39,752 nt of DNA from Candidatus Paceibacter sp. (GTDB lineage Bacteria; Patescibacteriota; Minisyncoccia; UBA6257; HR35), in assembly GCA_023255765.1 (NCBI GenBank), contig JAGDVT010000004.1, positions 1-39,752 on the forward strand, written 5' to 3'. Both the position numbers and the translations under genes were made by a program. Every line of letters begins with the position of its first letter. Position 1 is the first letter of the stretch. Shown here in pieces: positions 1 to 12,864 of this stretch. The notes beneath the pieces are model-generated. The model searched no databases. It was not told where the DNA came from and worked only from the letters and a program-made list of their open reading frames with translations.

Positions 1-1115
1 TTTTCAAGAAGATTTTTAATTAAATTATAAATTTTAGAGTTATTATAAAGCATGAAGGACGAAAAAAGGAATGTTAATATACCCACAAATCCCGTAAGTG
101 CTGTGTATTGTTTTGAAAAAGTTTGAATCAAAATAAAAGAGAATTCACTTATTTGTGCTGTTGTTAATCCTACTTCAAATGCAACTCGCCTAGGATAATT
201 TAGAAAATTTAATATGTAAAAAACTATTAATGGGTTAAATATTAAAATAAATAATGTATAAACTAAAGATGAAAAAACAGTAGCATAGTTTAAGTTTATC
301 TGAGATCCTAAATATACAAAAAAGAATATTAGAAACAAATCTTTAATAGGAGAGAACTTTCTAGTAATTTCTGCCAAAACATTTGAACCTGAAAGAGATA
401 TTCCTGCTAATATCGCAGCAGCTTCTATAGAAAAATTTTTATATTTTGCGATTATAATAAATATCATAAGCCAGGCTAATGACAAAAGAAATATTAATTC
501 TGAATTATTTTTAATTTTTAAAAAAAACTTAGAAATTAATTTTCCTAAAAAATAAAGACCTGTAAAAATGAAAATGATCGATATTAAGTCTGAGATTTCT
601 AGAATAGTTATTTTATTAATTGAAAAAACACCAATTATTAACAAAATCAAGATTGCAAATAAATCTTGTATTAAAAGCATACCTAAAGATAATCTTCCAT
701 AAAGAGTATCAAGATCATTTTTATCTAAAAGTATTTTTGTAACTATTATTGTAGAGCTAAAAGAAAAGGCGATTCCGATCATAAAGGCATGAATAAGATT
801 TATGCCTAACAAAATTCCCAAAATTGTTCCTAAAATTGTAGTAAAAAATATCTGTCCTATCCCTAAATATATTATTTCTTTGGAAAATTCACTAAATCTT
901 TTAAGATCCAATCTTAAGCCAACTAAAAATAAAAGAAAAATAAGCCCAAGTTCACCTAGTATAGAAATTTCCTTAGTAAATATTGTGCTAAGGTTAGATA
1001 TTAAAATTCCGGTTAAAATGTACGAAATTAGCAATGGAATTTTAAAATAACTCAATGTTAAAGCTATCAAAGCAGAAAATATTATTATATAAGAAAATAG
1101 ATAAAATAAATTCAT
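1..1115 (-). CDS. Cation:proton antiporter, CPA2/Kef-like Na+/H+ exchanger family (3' end runs off the window)
   Basis: Absent from the ORF track because it has no stop in the window. My hand translation of the minus strand from the ATG at 1115-1113 (ATGA overlap with the holA stop) stays open to position 1 (~371 aa). It is a polytopic hydrophobic protein with GELGLIFLLFLVGLRL, SSTIIVTKIL, GRLSLGMLLIQDL and GLTTAQISEFSFIL, motifs typical of Kef/NapA-type exchangers. Confidence 0.7.
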   Translation of the reverse strand, partial: MNLFYLFSYIIIFSALIALTLSYFKIPLLISYILTGILISNLSTIFTKEISILGELGLIFLLFLVGLRLDLKRFSEFSKEIIYLGIGQIFFTTILGTILGILLGINLIHAFMIGIAFSFSSTIIVTKILLDKNDLDTLYGRLSLGMLLIQDLFAILILLIIGVFSINKITILEISDLISIIFIFTGLYFLGKLISKFFLKIKNNSELIFLLSLAWLMIFIIIAKYKNFSIEAAAILAGISLSGSNVLAEITRKFSPIKDLFLIFFFVYLGSQINLNYATVFSSLVYTLFILIFNPLIVFYILNFLNYPRRVAFEVGLTTAQISEFSFILIQTFSKQYTALTGFVGILTFLFSSFMLYNNSKIYNLIKNLLE

Positions 1116-2002
1116 TTTTCTAAAATTTTTATAAGCTCATAAGGAATATCTTCATCTTTTAGATAAAACTTTTTGTATTTTCTATCAACTTCAGCAAGTA
1201 TATTTATATTTTTAACAATTTTTTCATCGCTAAATTTTTTAGCGTACATCTTAAGTTTTTGTTTATAAAAATAATTTAATCCCAATTTCTCTTCATCTTT
1301 AAAATTTTTGACTTTTTTAAGCAAAAGTATTCTCAAAAATGTTTTATACAAAAAACCAATAATTATTTCTGGCTTTGTTCCTATATTTATTTCTCTTTTT
1401 AATCTTAACAAAAAATCATTGTATCTGTTTTCCAGCAAATCATCAACCATTTCGAATATTCTACTATCTGTAGGCCATTTTATTATATTTAAAAGCTCTT
1501 CTTTTGTTATTTTTTCACCATTTTTATAATATTTTAATTTTTTAAATTCATTCAATAATATTACGGGATTTGTAATAAAAATCTTGGCTAAAATCGTTAA
1601 ATACTCATTGGGCAAATTAATTTTTTCTTCTTTTACATAATTAACTAAAAATTCTTCAAATTCTCTGTAATTTTTAAATTTGAGATTAGGTATCTCGATT
1701 ATTTCATAAGGAATTTGAAGTTGTTTAAGTTTTTTAACCAATAATTCTGGTCTCTTTTGATAAATTAATATAACTTCTTTATCTTTAAAATAATTTAATA
1801 TTTCTTCTGGTAATTCTATTTTATCTAAATCCTTAATAACTAAACAAATATTACTTCCAAACAACCTGTTATTCAATATTTGCTTAAAGCTTTCCTTAAA
1901 ATTTTTATCTTTAAATGAAATATAATATTTTTCTCCTTTTACTAAGCTATTGATTTTTTCTTTAATTAAAAAATCATTTTCGCCTATTATTACATAAAGC
2001 AT
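1112..2002 (-). CDS. holA: DNA polymerase III delta subunit
   Basis: 296 aa. The N-terminus MLYVIIGENDFLI...LFG...LVIKD and a C-terminal helical region (IFEMVDDLLENRY...PEIIIGFLYKTFLRILLLK) match the HolA layout. The sequence is divergent, so the call rests on pattern only. Confidence 0.6.
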   Translation of the reverse strand: MLYVIIGENDFLIKEKINSLVKGEKYYISFKDKNFKESFKQILNNRLFGSNICLVIKDLDKIELPEEILNYFKDKEVILIYQKRPELLVKKLKQLQIPYEIIEIPNLKFKNYREFEEFLVNYVKEEKINLPNEYLTILAKIFITNPVILLNEFKKLKYYKNGEKITKEELLNIIKWPTDSRIFEMVDDLLENRYNDFLLRLKREINIGTKPEIIIGFLYKTFLRILLLKKVKNFKDEEKLGLNYFYKQKLKMYAKKFSDEKIVKNINILAEVDRKYKKFYLKDEDIPYELIKILEK

Positions 2003-2030
2003 TTATTTTTAATTATTTATCTTTATTATA

Positions 2031-2315
2031 CTATTTAACTAATTCTTTTAATTCTTTAGCTGGCGAAAATTTAGGAACTCTTGTTGCGGGTACAGTTATT
2101 TTTTCGCCGGTTTTAGGATTTATTGCTGTTCTTGCTTTTCTTTCTCTTACTCTAAAAGTACCTAATCCAGGTAATTTTACTTTATTTCCTTGCTTCAAAT
2201 TTTGGGCTACTAATTCTACAAAATAATTTAATATTTCGACTACTGTTTTTTTAGGAACATCAAATTTTTCTGCTATTTTTTGAGCTAAGGCTTCTCTTTT
2301 TACTGTTTGAGCCAT
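2031..2315 (-). CDS. hup: HU/IHF-family nucleoid DNA-binding protein
   Basis: 94 aa. GLGTFRVRERKARTAINPKTGEKITVPATRVPKFSPAKELK is the classic HU beta-arm signature. Confidence 0.9.
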   Translation of the reverse strand: MAQTVKREALAQKIAEKFDVPKKTVVEILNYFVELVAQNLKQGNKVKLPGLGTFRVRERKARTAINPKTGEKITVPATRVPKFSPAKELKELVK

Positions 2316-2357
2316 ATTTATAAAATTTATTTTAATTCGACCAAAATTATTATTTAA

Positions 2358-2366
2358 ATTTTACCA
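2358..2366 (-). promoter_or_regulatory. Candidate extended -10 (TGgTAAAAT) promoter element for hup
   Basis: Reverse complement of 2358-2366 reads TGGTAAAAT. It lies 42 nt upstream of the hup ATG in the 86-nt rny-hup spacer. No good -35 is visible. Confidence 0.4.
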
Positions 2367-2401
2367 TAAAAAATAATAAAATTCTCAGATTTTGTGGATA
2401 T

Positions 2402-3943
2402 CTATCTAGCATATTCAAATGCCCTATTTTCTCTTATAACTACTACCTTTATTTCTCCTGGGAAATTTATGGTTTCTTCTATCTTTTTTGCTATTTCTTT
2501 AGCTAATTTATATATTTCTAAATCACTAATTTCTTCTGGCCTTACAAAAACCCATAATTCTCTTCCGCCACTTATAGCATATACCTTTTCGACCCCTTTA
2601 AAGGAATATGCAATTTTTTCCAAGTTTTCTACTCTTTGAAGGTATGCTTCTAATGCTTCCGAACGTGCTCCTGGTCTTTGCGAAGATATAGCATCTGCTG
2701 CTAAAACTACATATGCTTCTGGTACTGCAAATGGGTAAGTCTCATGGTGAGACCTCATTGCTAATATTACTTTTTCATCTATATTATATTTTTGTAATAT
2801 TTTTATACCTATTTCCAAGTGACTACCTTCAATTTCATGGGTTACTGATTTACCAATATCATGTAAAAATCCAGCTCTTTTTGCTGTTTCTTTATCTAAA
2901 TTTAGCTCTTCAGCTATCATTCTAGAAAAAATAGCAACTTCTATTGAATGCTGAAGCACATTTTGACCATAGCTGTATCTATACTTTAGTCTACCCATTA
3001 ATTTAATGATATCTTCAGGTAAATCAAATATATTAAGTTCTTCTGCTGCTTCTTTACCTGCTTTTTTAATTTCTTCTTCTATGTGTTCTTTAGCGTATAA
3101 AACTGCTTCTTCTATTGTTGCTGGTTGTATTCGTCCATCTTTTATTAATTTTTCTAATGCTACCCTTGCAATTTCCCTTCTTACTGGGTCGAAAGAAGAG
3201 ATTGTTACTATATCAGGAGTTTCATTATCTATAATAAGCTGAACTCCTGTTAATTTTTCAAAGTATCTTATATTTCTTCCTTCTTTACCGATAATTCTTC
3301 CTTTCATTTCTTCACTTGGTAGCGTAATTATAGTCATATTAAATTCATTTGCAACAGATCTGCTATATTTAGGTAGTACACTTAATATTATTTCTTGTGC
3401 CTTCTTTTCTATCTCTTCTTTGTTATTATTTAATAATTTATTAATCCTTTTAATTAATAAAATTTCGTTTTCTTTTTCTATTTGTTCTATTAAAATTTCC
3501 AAGGCTTTTTCTTTATTAATTTCTGCTAATTCTTCTAATTTCTTTTGATATTCTTCTTTGAGATTTTTTATTTCCTCTTCTTTTTTTTCTAATTCTTGAA
3601 ATAAATTTTTATATTTTTCCCTTTCTTCTTCCAATTCTTTCTCTTTATTTTCTAAAAATTCTTCTCTTCTGGTTATTCTTTCTTCTCTTATTTTTAAATC
3701 TCTCAATATTTCTTCTTTTTCTTTCTTAGCAGATTCTAAAATTTCGATTGCCTTTTTTTCTGCTTCTAGCAATAGTTCTTGCTCTTTTCTTTTTAATTCC
3801 TCTATCCTTTCTTTAAGTTTCTGTTCTACAGAAGTAGCTTTCGCACGTACAAACAAATATCTTATTAAAATCCCAATTATTACACCAATTAGAAATATCA
3901 CAAAATATAAAATTATGTTTGAAATTGTATATGTAATAGTCAT
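2402..3943 (-). CDS. rny: Ribonuclease Y
   Basis: 513 aa with an N-terminal TM helix, a long E/K coiled coil, a KH domain (GRIIGKEGRNIRYFEKLTGV) and an HD domain (HSIEVA...GFLHDIGK). Confidence 0.9.
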   Translation of the reverse strand: MTITYTISNIILYFVIFLIGVIIGILIRYLFVRAKATSVEQKLKERIEELKRKEQELLLEAEKKAIEILESAKKEKEEILRDLKIREERITRREEFLENKEKELEEEREKYKNLFQELEKKEEEIKNLKEEYQKKLEELAEINKEKALEILIEQIEKENEILLIKRINKLLNNNKEEIEKKAQEIILSVLPKYSRSVANEFNMTIITLPSEEMKGRIIGKEGRNIRYFEKLTGVQLIIDNETPDIVTISSFDPVRREIARVALEKLIKDGRIQPATIEEAVLYAKEHIEEEIKKAGKEAAEELNIFDLPEDIIKLMGRLKYRYSYGQNVLQHSIEVAIFSRMIAEELNLDKETAKRAGFLHDIGKSVTHEIEGSHLEIGIKILQKYNIDEKVILAMRSHHETYPFAVPEAYVVLAADAISSQRPGARSEALEAYLQRVENLEKIAYSFKGVEKVYAISGGRELWVFVRPEEISDLEIYKLAKEIAKKIEETINFPGEIKVVVIRENRAFEYAR

Positions 3944-4013
3944 GATAATATTTGTAAATATAAATTTCGGCCTTCATATTATAATTATTATAACTATTTT
4001 CCTTTAGTTAAAA

Positions 4014-5567
4014 ATGAACAAAGTTTTATTAATAATTCTAGATGGTTGGGGAGAAGGTAAAAAAGATTATAGTAACCCTATTTATTTAGCAAAAGAAAAG
4101 GATTTTTTTGAATTTATAAGAGAACATTTTCCTTTTTATTTGTTACAGGCTTCTGGTATAGCAGTTGGCTTACCTTGGAAAGAGGCAGGAAATAGCGAGG
4201 TTGGGCATTTATGTATGGGAACTGGCAAGGTTTATTATCAGAATTACCCAAGAATTACTTTGTCTATAAAAAATGGGCAGTTTTTTGAAAACGAGGTTTT
4301 AATTTCTTGTTTGAATCATGCTAATAAATACAAAAGCAGGGTCCATTTGATAGGCCTTTTAACATCAGGCATTGTTCATGCTTCTTATGAACATTTAATT
4401 GCTTTATTGGAATTTTTTAAGAAAAATAACTTTAAAAATGTATACTTACATCTATTTTTAGATGGTCGAGATAGTCCTCCACAATCTGGTTTAGACTTGT
4501 TATTAAAATTAGAAAAAGATATAGAAAGAATAGGCGTAGGTAAAATTGCTACATTATGTGGAAGAACGTATGGAATGGATAAAAATGAGTATTGGAAAAT
4601 TAAAACACAAGTTGCTTTTTATCTAATAACTGAAGGTGTGGGGAAGGAAGTTTCTGACTACAAAGAATATATAAAAAAGATTTATGAAAGTAATATTAAT
4701 TTTATAGATGAAAACTTAGAACCATTAGTTATAGATAAAGAAGGAATAGTAAAAGATAATGATGCTATATTTTTCTTTAATTTCAGGGCGGATAGTATGT
4801 ATCAATTGGCTAAAGCTTTTCTAGAAATTGAATTTCCTTATTTTCAAAGAACATCTAAAAATAATTTATTTATTGCATCTATGACTAAATATTTGGAAGA
4901 AATAGATTATCCTGTTGCCTTTCCTCCTATTAAAATTAAGACTAGCATTTCCAAAATTATAGCTGAAAATAAATTATTGCAACTTAAAATTTCAGAAAAA
5001 TATAAAGCATATCATCTAACATATTTTTTTAACGGTTTTATAAATGAACCACATCCTGGAGAATATTGGAAAATAATACCAAGTAGTGAAAAAAATTTTA
5101 GGGAAAATCCTATGCTTCAAAGTAAATTAATTACTGAGTTTATCTTAAATGCAATAAAAGAAGGAAGTTATTCATTCATAGCTGCAAATTATTCAGCTCC
5201 CGATATTATAGGTCATACAGGTGATATTAATTTGGCAATAAAAGTCGTAGAAGGTTTTAATAATGAATTAAAAAAAATATATAATGAAATTATAGATAGA
5301 ACAGAGTGGTTTATGATAATTACTAGTGATCATGGGAATATAGAAAATATGATAAATTTAAAAACAGGAGAACCTCAAACTACTCATGATGTCAATCCTG
5401 TGCCTTGTTATATTATTAATAAAAAATTATATATAGAGACAAAAACTGCTGATTTAAAAATAAAAGAAGAATCGGTTAGGGGAAGTTTAATAGACATAGC
5501 TCCTACAATTTTAAAATTACTAAATTTACCTATCCCAGAAGATTTCGAGGGTAAATCTTTGGTATAA
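4014..5567 (+). CDS. gpmI: 2,3-bisphosphoglycerate-independent phosphoglycerate mutase
   Basis: 517 aa. Contains LLIILDGWG, GNSEVGH, FLDGRDSPP and ITSDHGN, which are the iPGM metal-site and catalytic Ser motifs. Confidence 0.9.
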   Translation: MNKVLLIILDGWGEGKKDYSNPIYLAKEKDFFEFIREHFPFYLLQASGIAVGLPWKEAGNSEVGHLCMGTGKVYYQNYPRITLSIKNGQFFENEVLISCLNHANKYKSRVHLIGLLTSGIVHASYEHLIALLEFFKKNNFKNVYLHLFLDGRDSPPQSGLDLLLKLEKDIERIGVGKIATLCGRTYGMDKNEYWKIKTQVAFYLITEGVGKEVSDYKEYIKKIYESNINFIDENLEPLVIDKEGIVKDNDAIFFFNFRADSMYQLAKAFLEIEFPYFQRTSKNNLFIASMTKYLEEIDYPVAFPPIKIKTSISKIIAENKLLQLKISEKYKAYHLTYFFNGFINEPHPGEYWKIIPSSEKNFRENPMLQSKLITEFILNAIKEGSYSFIAANYSAPDIIGHTGDINLAIKVVEGFNNELKKIYNEIIDRTEWFMIITSDHGNIENMINLKTGEPQTTHDVNPVPCYIINKKLYIETKTADLKIKEESVRGSLIDIAPTILKLLNLPIPEDFEGKSLV

Positions 5568-5581
5568 TTTATTACATAATA

Positions 5582-6790
5582 ATGAATAAATATAATTTTT
5601 ATTTAATCGTTTTTTTAATATTATTCATAGTAGGTGTATTTTTTATTTTTACTAATTTTTTTAAGTTTAAGTTAGGATTGGATTTAGCTGGTGGTGTTGT
5701 TTTATATTACAATGTTGAATTAGATAAGGTAAAAAGTGGCGAAATTTCGGATATTTTAGCTTCCATCAAAGACTTAATTGAAAGAAGGATAAACACATTG
5801 GGAATTTCTGAAGTTTCAATAAGTTATACAAGATCAGGAAGAATAATAGTAGAAATTCCTCATATTAAAAATCCTCAAGAAGCTATTGATTTAATAGGCG
5901 CAACACCAGTTCTGGAATTTAGAGTACCAATACAACAAGGGACAAGTACTATATTTGTTCCTTCAGAATTAACGGGTAAATATTTAATAAATTCGAATGT
6001 GGTTTATAATCCTAAGACTGGTTTCCCTGTTGTTGAGTTAATATTTGATAAAAATGGCGCTAAAATTTTCGAAGAATTAACTAGTAAATATATAAATCAA
6101 CCTATCGCAATTTATTTGGATGGAAAACCAATTTCTATACCTATAGTAAGAGAGAAAATTACTGGTGGGAAAGCAATTATAGAAGGGAATTTTAATTTAT
6201 TTGAAGCTAAACAATTAGCATACAGATTAAAACAAGGAGCTCTACCTGCTCCCTTAAAATTAATAGGCACTTCTACAGTAAATCCTGAATTAGGCCAGAA
6301 ATTTCTAGAATTAGCTATTAAAGGAGGTATTATTGGTACATTTTTAGTTATTTTATTTATGATATTTTATTATAGAATACAAGGCTTAATAGCATCTATT
6401 GCCTTAATTTTCTACATTATTTTTAATCTTTTTATTTATAAATTAATAGGCGTTGTTTTGTCTTTATCTGCTATAACTGGATTTATACTATCAATAGGCA
6501 TGGCAGTTGATGCAAATATTTTAATTGCTGAGAGAATAAAAGAAGAAAGAAGAAAGAATATAAAACTAGAGGATGCCCTGGAAATAGGTTTTAACAGAGC
6601 TTGGCCTTCTATAAGAGATTCTAATATATCAACAATTATTTCTACTATTATTATGTATTTATTAACAACATCTTTTGTAAGAGGTTTTGCATTAACATTA
6701 GGTCTAGGTGTTTTAATAAGTATGTTAACCGCAGTATTTTTAACTAAAATCTTAACTTTCAAATTTATTCCTTATTTCAGTAGAACTTGA
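5582..6790 (+). CDS. secD: Protein translocase subunit SecD
   Basis: 402 aa. Has an N-terminal TM, LGLDLAGGV, a compact periplasmic domain, and a C-terminal 5-TM block with GMAVDANILIAERIKEE. Confidence 0.85.
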   Translation: MNKYNFYLIVFLILFIVGVFFIFTNFFKFKLGLDLAGGVVLYYNVELDKVKSGEISDILASIKDLIERRINTLGISEVSISYTRSGRIIVEIPHIKNPQEAIDLIGATPVLEFRVPIQQGTSTIFVPSELTGKYLINSNVVYNPKTGFPVVELIFDKNGAKIFEELTSKYINQPIAIYLDGKPISIPIVREKITGGKAIIEGNFNLFEAKQLAYRLKQGALPAPLKLIGTSTVNPELGQKFLELAIKGGIIGTFLVILFMIFYYRIQGLIASIALIFYIIFNLFIYKLIGVVLSLSAITGFILSIGMAVDANILIAERIKEERRKNIKLEDALEIGFNRAWPSIRDSNISTIISTIIMYLLTTSFVRGFALTLGLGVLISMLTAVFLTKILTFKFIPYFSRT

Positions 6791-6824
6791 CTTTAAATTT
6801 TTTTTAACTAAAATTTATATTATT

Positions 6825-9855
<3,031 letters not shown>

Positions 9856-9868
<13 letters not shown>

Positions 9869-10386
9869 GATGTTGTTGTAAAAACGCTATTAATTGGCGC
9901 AACTGAAATTTGAAAATTAATTGGAACATTTATTGATTTTGTTTTTGCTATTCCATTTAAAGATAATGTAATTAGCTTATAAGAAGTTTTATTGTAATCA
10001 CCGCTGGTTGACAAAGAACCGGTTGCATATACTTCAAAAGTATTAATTTCTGCATAATTTGTATCTATTAATGTGCTAGTATTGTTATCTAATTTATAAA
10101 TTAATGTTTTTAAATTTGGATCATAATAAATTTCTAAATTTTTACAATCTACTGCCCTTTGGAATTTTATACCATAAGTAGTTGTAGCAAAATTTATTCC
10201 ATATTTCATTTCTCTCCATATTTTTTCTAAAGCTAATTTTACATTACCTATAGATGCTTGAAGTTGCTGTGAGATTAAATGTTGTCTGACTAAATTTATA
10301 TACATAATAGAAACTGTACCTATCCCTATAATAAAAACTAAAATAGCTATCATAGCTTCTAAAACTGTAAAGCCTTTATTTCTCAT
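9856..10386 (-). CDS. Type IV minor pilin (prepilin-type N-terminal cleavage/methylation domain)
   Basis: MRNKG|FTVLEAMIAILVF is a class III signal peptide. I prefer the ATG at 10386, which gives an ATGA overlap with the upstream stop, over the track start at 10404. Confidence 0.7.
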
Positions 10387-10889
10387 GGTATCGTTGGTAT
10401 CCAATCTGTTAATATTGTTTCCAACTCTATTGGTGGAGAATCCCCAAAATCAACAATACTTGTAACTGTTGCAATATTATTATTAACCTCTATTTTTATT
10501 AACCTACTAAAAATTGTCTGTGTTGCGGTATTTGTATGGACATATTGATTTTTATCATTTAAATATAAAGGGCATGATGTACTTGAACCTGGTTTAGGAT
10601 CTAGATTTATATCTATACAATTACTACCGCTTAATCCATCTAACCAACCCTTACCTGCTGCTTTGTTTATATTTCTCTTTGCAATAACTAATTCTAAACC
10701 TTCCTGAGCCAAAAAATTCGCAATAATTCTTTCTTTTGTTGTTTTTAAAATTTTCAAATAATTATTAACTAAAATAATTAAGCTCACAAAGGCAATTGAA
10801 AAAATTATCAATGATAATAAAACTTCTAATATTGATTGGCTTTTATTCTGAAATAATTTGTCCTGCATTCGTGATTGATATTGTTGCAT
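10383..10889 (-). CDS. Minor pilin-like protein with atypical prepilin leader
   Basis: 168 aa. Reads ...KLFQNKSQSILEVLLSLIIFSIAF, a hydrophobic helix with Glu near the predicted cleavage site but no Gly-Phe. An alternative start lies at 10868. It sits between two canonical minor pilins. Confidence 0.5.
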   Translation of the reverse strand: MQQYQSRMQDKLFQNKSQSILEVLLSLIIFSIAFVSLIILVNNYLKILKTTKERIIANFLAQEGLELVIAKRNINKAAGKGWLDGLSGSNCIDINLDPKPGSSTSCPLYLNDKNQYVHTNTATQTIFSRLIKIEVNNNIATVTSIVDFGDSPPIELETILTDWIPTIP

Positions 10890-11469
10890 TATCTTGGTTC
10901 TTTGTTAATATTAAATTAAATTTATTTGCAAAATCTATTTTATTATTATCTACATAAATTAATGGGTCTCCATAAGGATGTAAAAACATTATAGAAGTTG
11001 AATTAAAAGAATTTGGTGCATTTCCTGTAGAATATCTAATTTCATAATCTTTTAATTCTTCAAAAACTATTAAGGGGTTATTTCTATCTGTAATTATTTG
11101 AGCATTTTTAGCAAAATATAAATTAGGTGATTTATTTGTAAAATTAAATTCTCCTGGAGTATCACTTGCTATTTTATAACAATCAACATTTTCACCAGAA
11201 GTAGCATAAACTATTCCTAAATAATTTGATTTTGAAATTAAGATACCTATTCCACAAACAGTAGAGGTGGAATTATTTATATTTACTTCAATTTTCTTAA
11301 AACTTAAATCTTGTGCTAATCTTAAATTTTCTGCTAATAATAATTTTGTTTTTTGAAATTCATAGAAATTTTTATTTAAAGAAGTTAAACCAAAAACAGC
11401 TCCTAAAACAATAGCTGAAACAAGTAAAACTACTGTTGATTCAAATATTGTGAAACCTTTATTTTTCAT
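10843..11469 (-). CDS. Type IV minor pilin (prepilin-type N-terminal domain)
   Basis: 208 aa beginning MKNKG|FTIFESTVVLLVSAIVLG. Its start overlaps the pilD stop (TAATG). Confidence 0.7.
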   Translation of the reverse strand: MKNKGFTIFESTVVLLVSAIVLGAVFGLTSLNKNFYEFQKTKLLLAENLRLAQDLSFKKIEVNINNSTSTVCGIGILISKSNYLGIVYATSGENVDCYKIASDTPGEFNFTNKSPNLYFAKNAQIITDRNNPLIVFEELKDYEIRYSTGNAPNSFNSTSIMFLHPYGDPLIYVDNNKIDFANKFNLILTKNQDNATISITNAGQIISE

Positions 11470-12311
11470 TAACTTAATTTTAACATAAAACTATTCAAAA
11501 TTTTAAATAAGTATTCTCCATAAAATAATAACACAAGTGAGCTAGCGAAAACTAAAGGAATAAACGGTATTTCATTGAAAAATTTTCTTATTTTAAGAAT
11601 TTTATATATACCAATAATAGCACCTAAAAAAGAAGAAAGTAAAATTACAGCAAGAATATCTCCTGGACCTAAAAACAAGCCAAGAAAAAAAGCAATTTTC
11701 AGATCTCCTAAACCTATTCCTTTCCCCAAGGTAACCACAAATAATGTAAGAATAAATATAGAAAAAATAAAAGCTATAAAAATTTGATTTAAAATTAAAC
11801 TATATTTAGTTTTAATTGGAAGATTAAAAAAGTAATTAAACCCACCTGTTAATTCAAACTTTTGTATAGGTATTATTAAAAATATTAAAGTAAATATAAT
11901 CCATCCTAATAGCCCAAAATAAAATGTTTTTTCTTCAATATAAAATGTTTCTAAATCATATAATGCCAATATAAATAGAATCGAATAGAAAAAGATTATA
12001 TAAAGAAATAAAATTAAATTTGAGAAATTTAGATTGACCAAAATGCCTGATTTTGATGCTGCACCATAAGTAAAAATTCCTGCTATTATTTCTGTTAATG
12101 GGTATCTTAATGAAATTTTATTTTTACAATTTCTGCATCTGCCTTTTTGAATAATAAAACTTATAATTGGTATTAATTCATACCAAGAAAGCTCTTTTTT
12201 ACAATAAGGACATTTTGATCTTGAAAATAAAAATTCTTCTCCTTTTACTAATCTATATGCAACATTATTCAAAAAAGAACCTAAAAATAATCCTAAAATT
12301 AGATATAGCAT
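11469..12311 (-). CDS. pilD: Prepilin peptidase (A24 family, with N-terminal zinc-binding/methyltransferase region)
   Basis: 280 aa and polytopic. Contains CPYCKKEL...CRNCKNKISLRYPLTE and GLGDLK, which carries one of the two catalytic Asp motifs. Confidence 0.85.
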   Translation of the reverse strand: MLYLILGLFLGSFLNNVAYRLVKGEEFLFSRSKCPYCKKELSWYELIPIISFIIQKGRCRNCKNKISLRYPLTEIIAGIFTYGAASKSGILVNLNFSNLILFLYIIFFYSILFILALYDLETFYIEEKTFYFGLLGWIIFTLIFLIIPIQKFELTGGFNYFFNLPIKTKYSLILNQIFIAFIFSIFILTLFVVTLGKGIGLGDLKIAFFLGLFLGPGDILAVILLSSFLGAIIGIYKILKIRKFFNEIPFIPLVFASSLVLLFYGEYLFKILNSFMLKLS

Positions 12312-12363
12312 TAGTATTTATATTTTGTGTTTATTTTAAAAATATACTTTAATTACACTAACT

Positions 12364-12864
12364 TTAATAAGCTAGACAATAATAATTGTCGTTACAATTA
12401 CTTATAAAAGTACTAGCACTTGGACAACTCCAACCACTTGGAGTAGTTGTAACTGTTCCTTCATACAGAGCTCGCGCTTGATCTCTCGTACTTTCTAACC
12501 TTGCTGCTATAATAAAGTTTGTTGGGTTAGTGTTTACATTTGTACCAGGAGTTGAGGTACAAGGAGCATATAAGTAAGGAGTAAGACCTGAAGGATCTCT
12601 CGGTAAACTACTTCCTGCTCCTAAAACACCAGCAGCTCTAAGCTGACTTTCTAATGTATTCCAGTCAGTAGCTGTTGGATAGCTTCCATTTTTTGTATAA
12701 TAAGCAGTTAAATATGTTATAGTGTTTCTTAAATCTCCTATTCTTCTCTGATCTCTAGCTGTAGAAGTAAAGCCCCCCAAATTTCTTAATAATAGACCTG
12801 CTAAAATACCTATTACTAAAAGAACCACTGCTAATTCGACTAATGTAAATGCTTTTTTACTCAT
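12364..12864 (-). CDS. pilA: Major type IV pilin
   Basis: 166 aa beginning MSKKA|FTLVELAVVLLVIGILAGLLL. It has a Thr/Ser/Pro-rich globular part and four C-terminal Cys. It has its own AT-rich upstream spacer with promoter-like elements. Confidence 0.85.
   Translation of the reverse strand: MSKKAFTLVELAVVLLVIGILAGLLLRNLGGFTSTARDQRRIGDLRNTITYLTAYYTKNGSYPTATDWNTLESQLRAAGVLGAGSSLPRDPSGLTPYLYAPCTSTPGTNVNTNPTNFIIAARLESTRDQARALYEGTVTTTPSGWSCPSASTFISNCNDNYYCLAY

Noticed and set aside
802-1050. 82-aa plus-strand ORF from the track
   Set aside because: It lies entirely antisense to the open, motif-bearing CPA2 antiporter frame. Its K/I/P/S-rich low-complexity translation is typical of a shadow ORF in AT-rich DNA.
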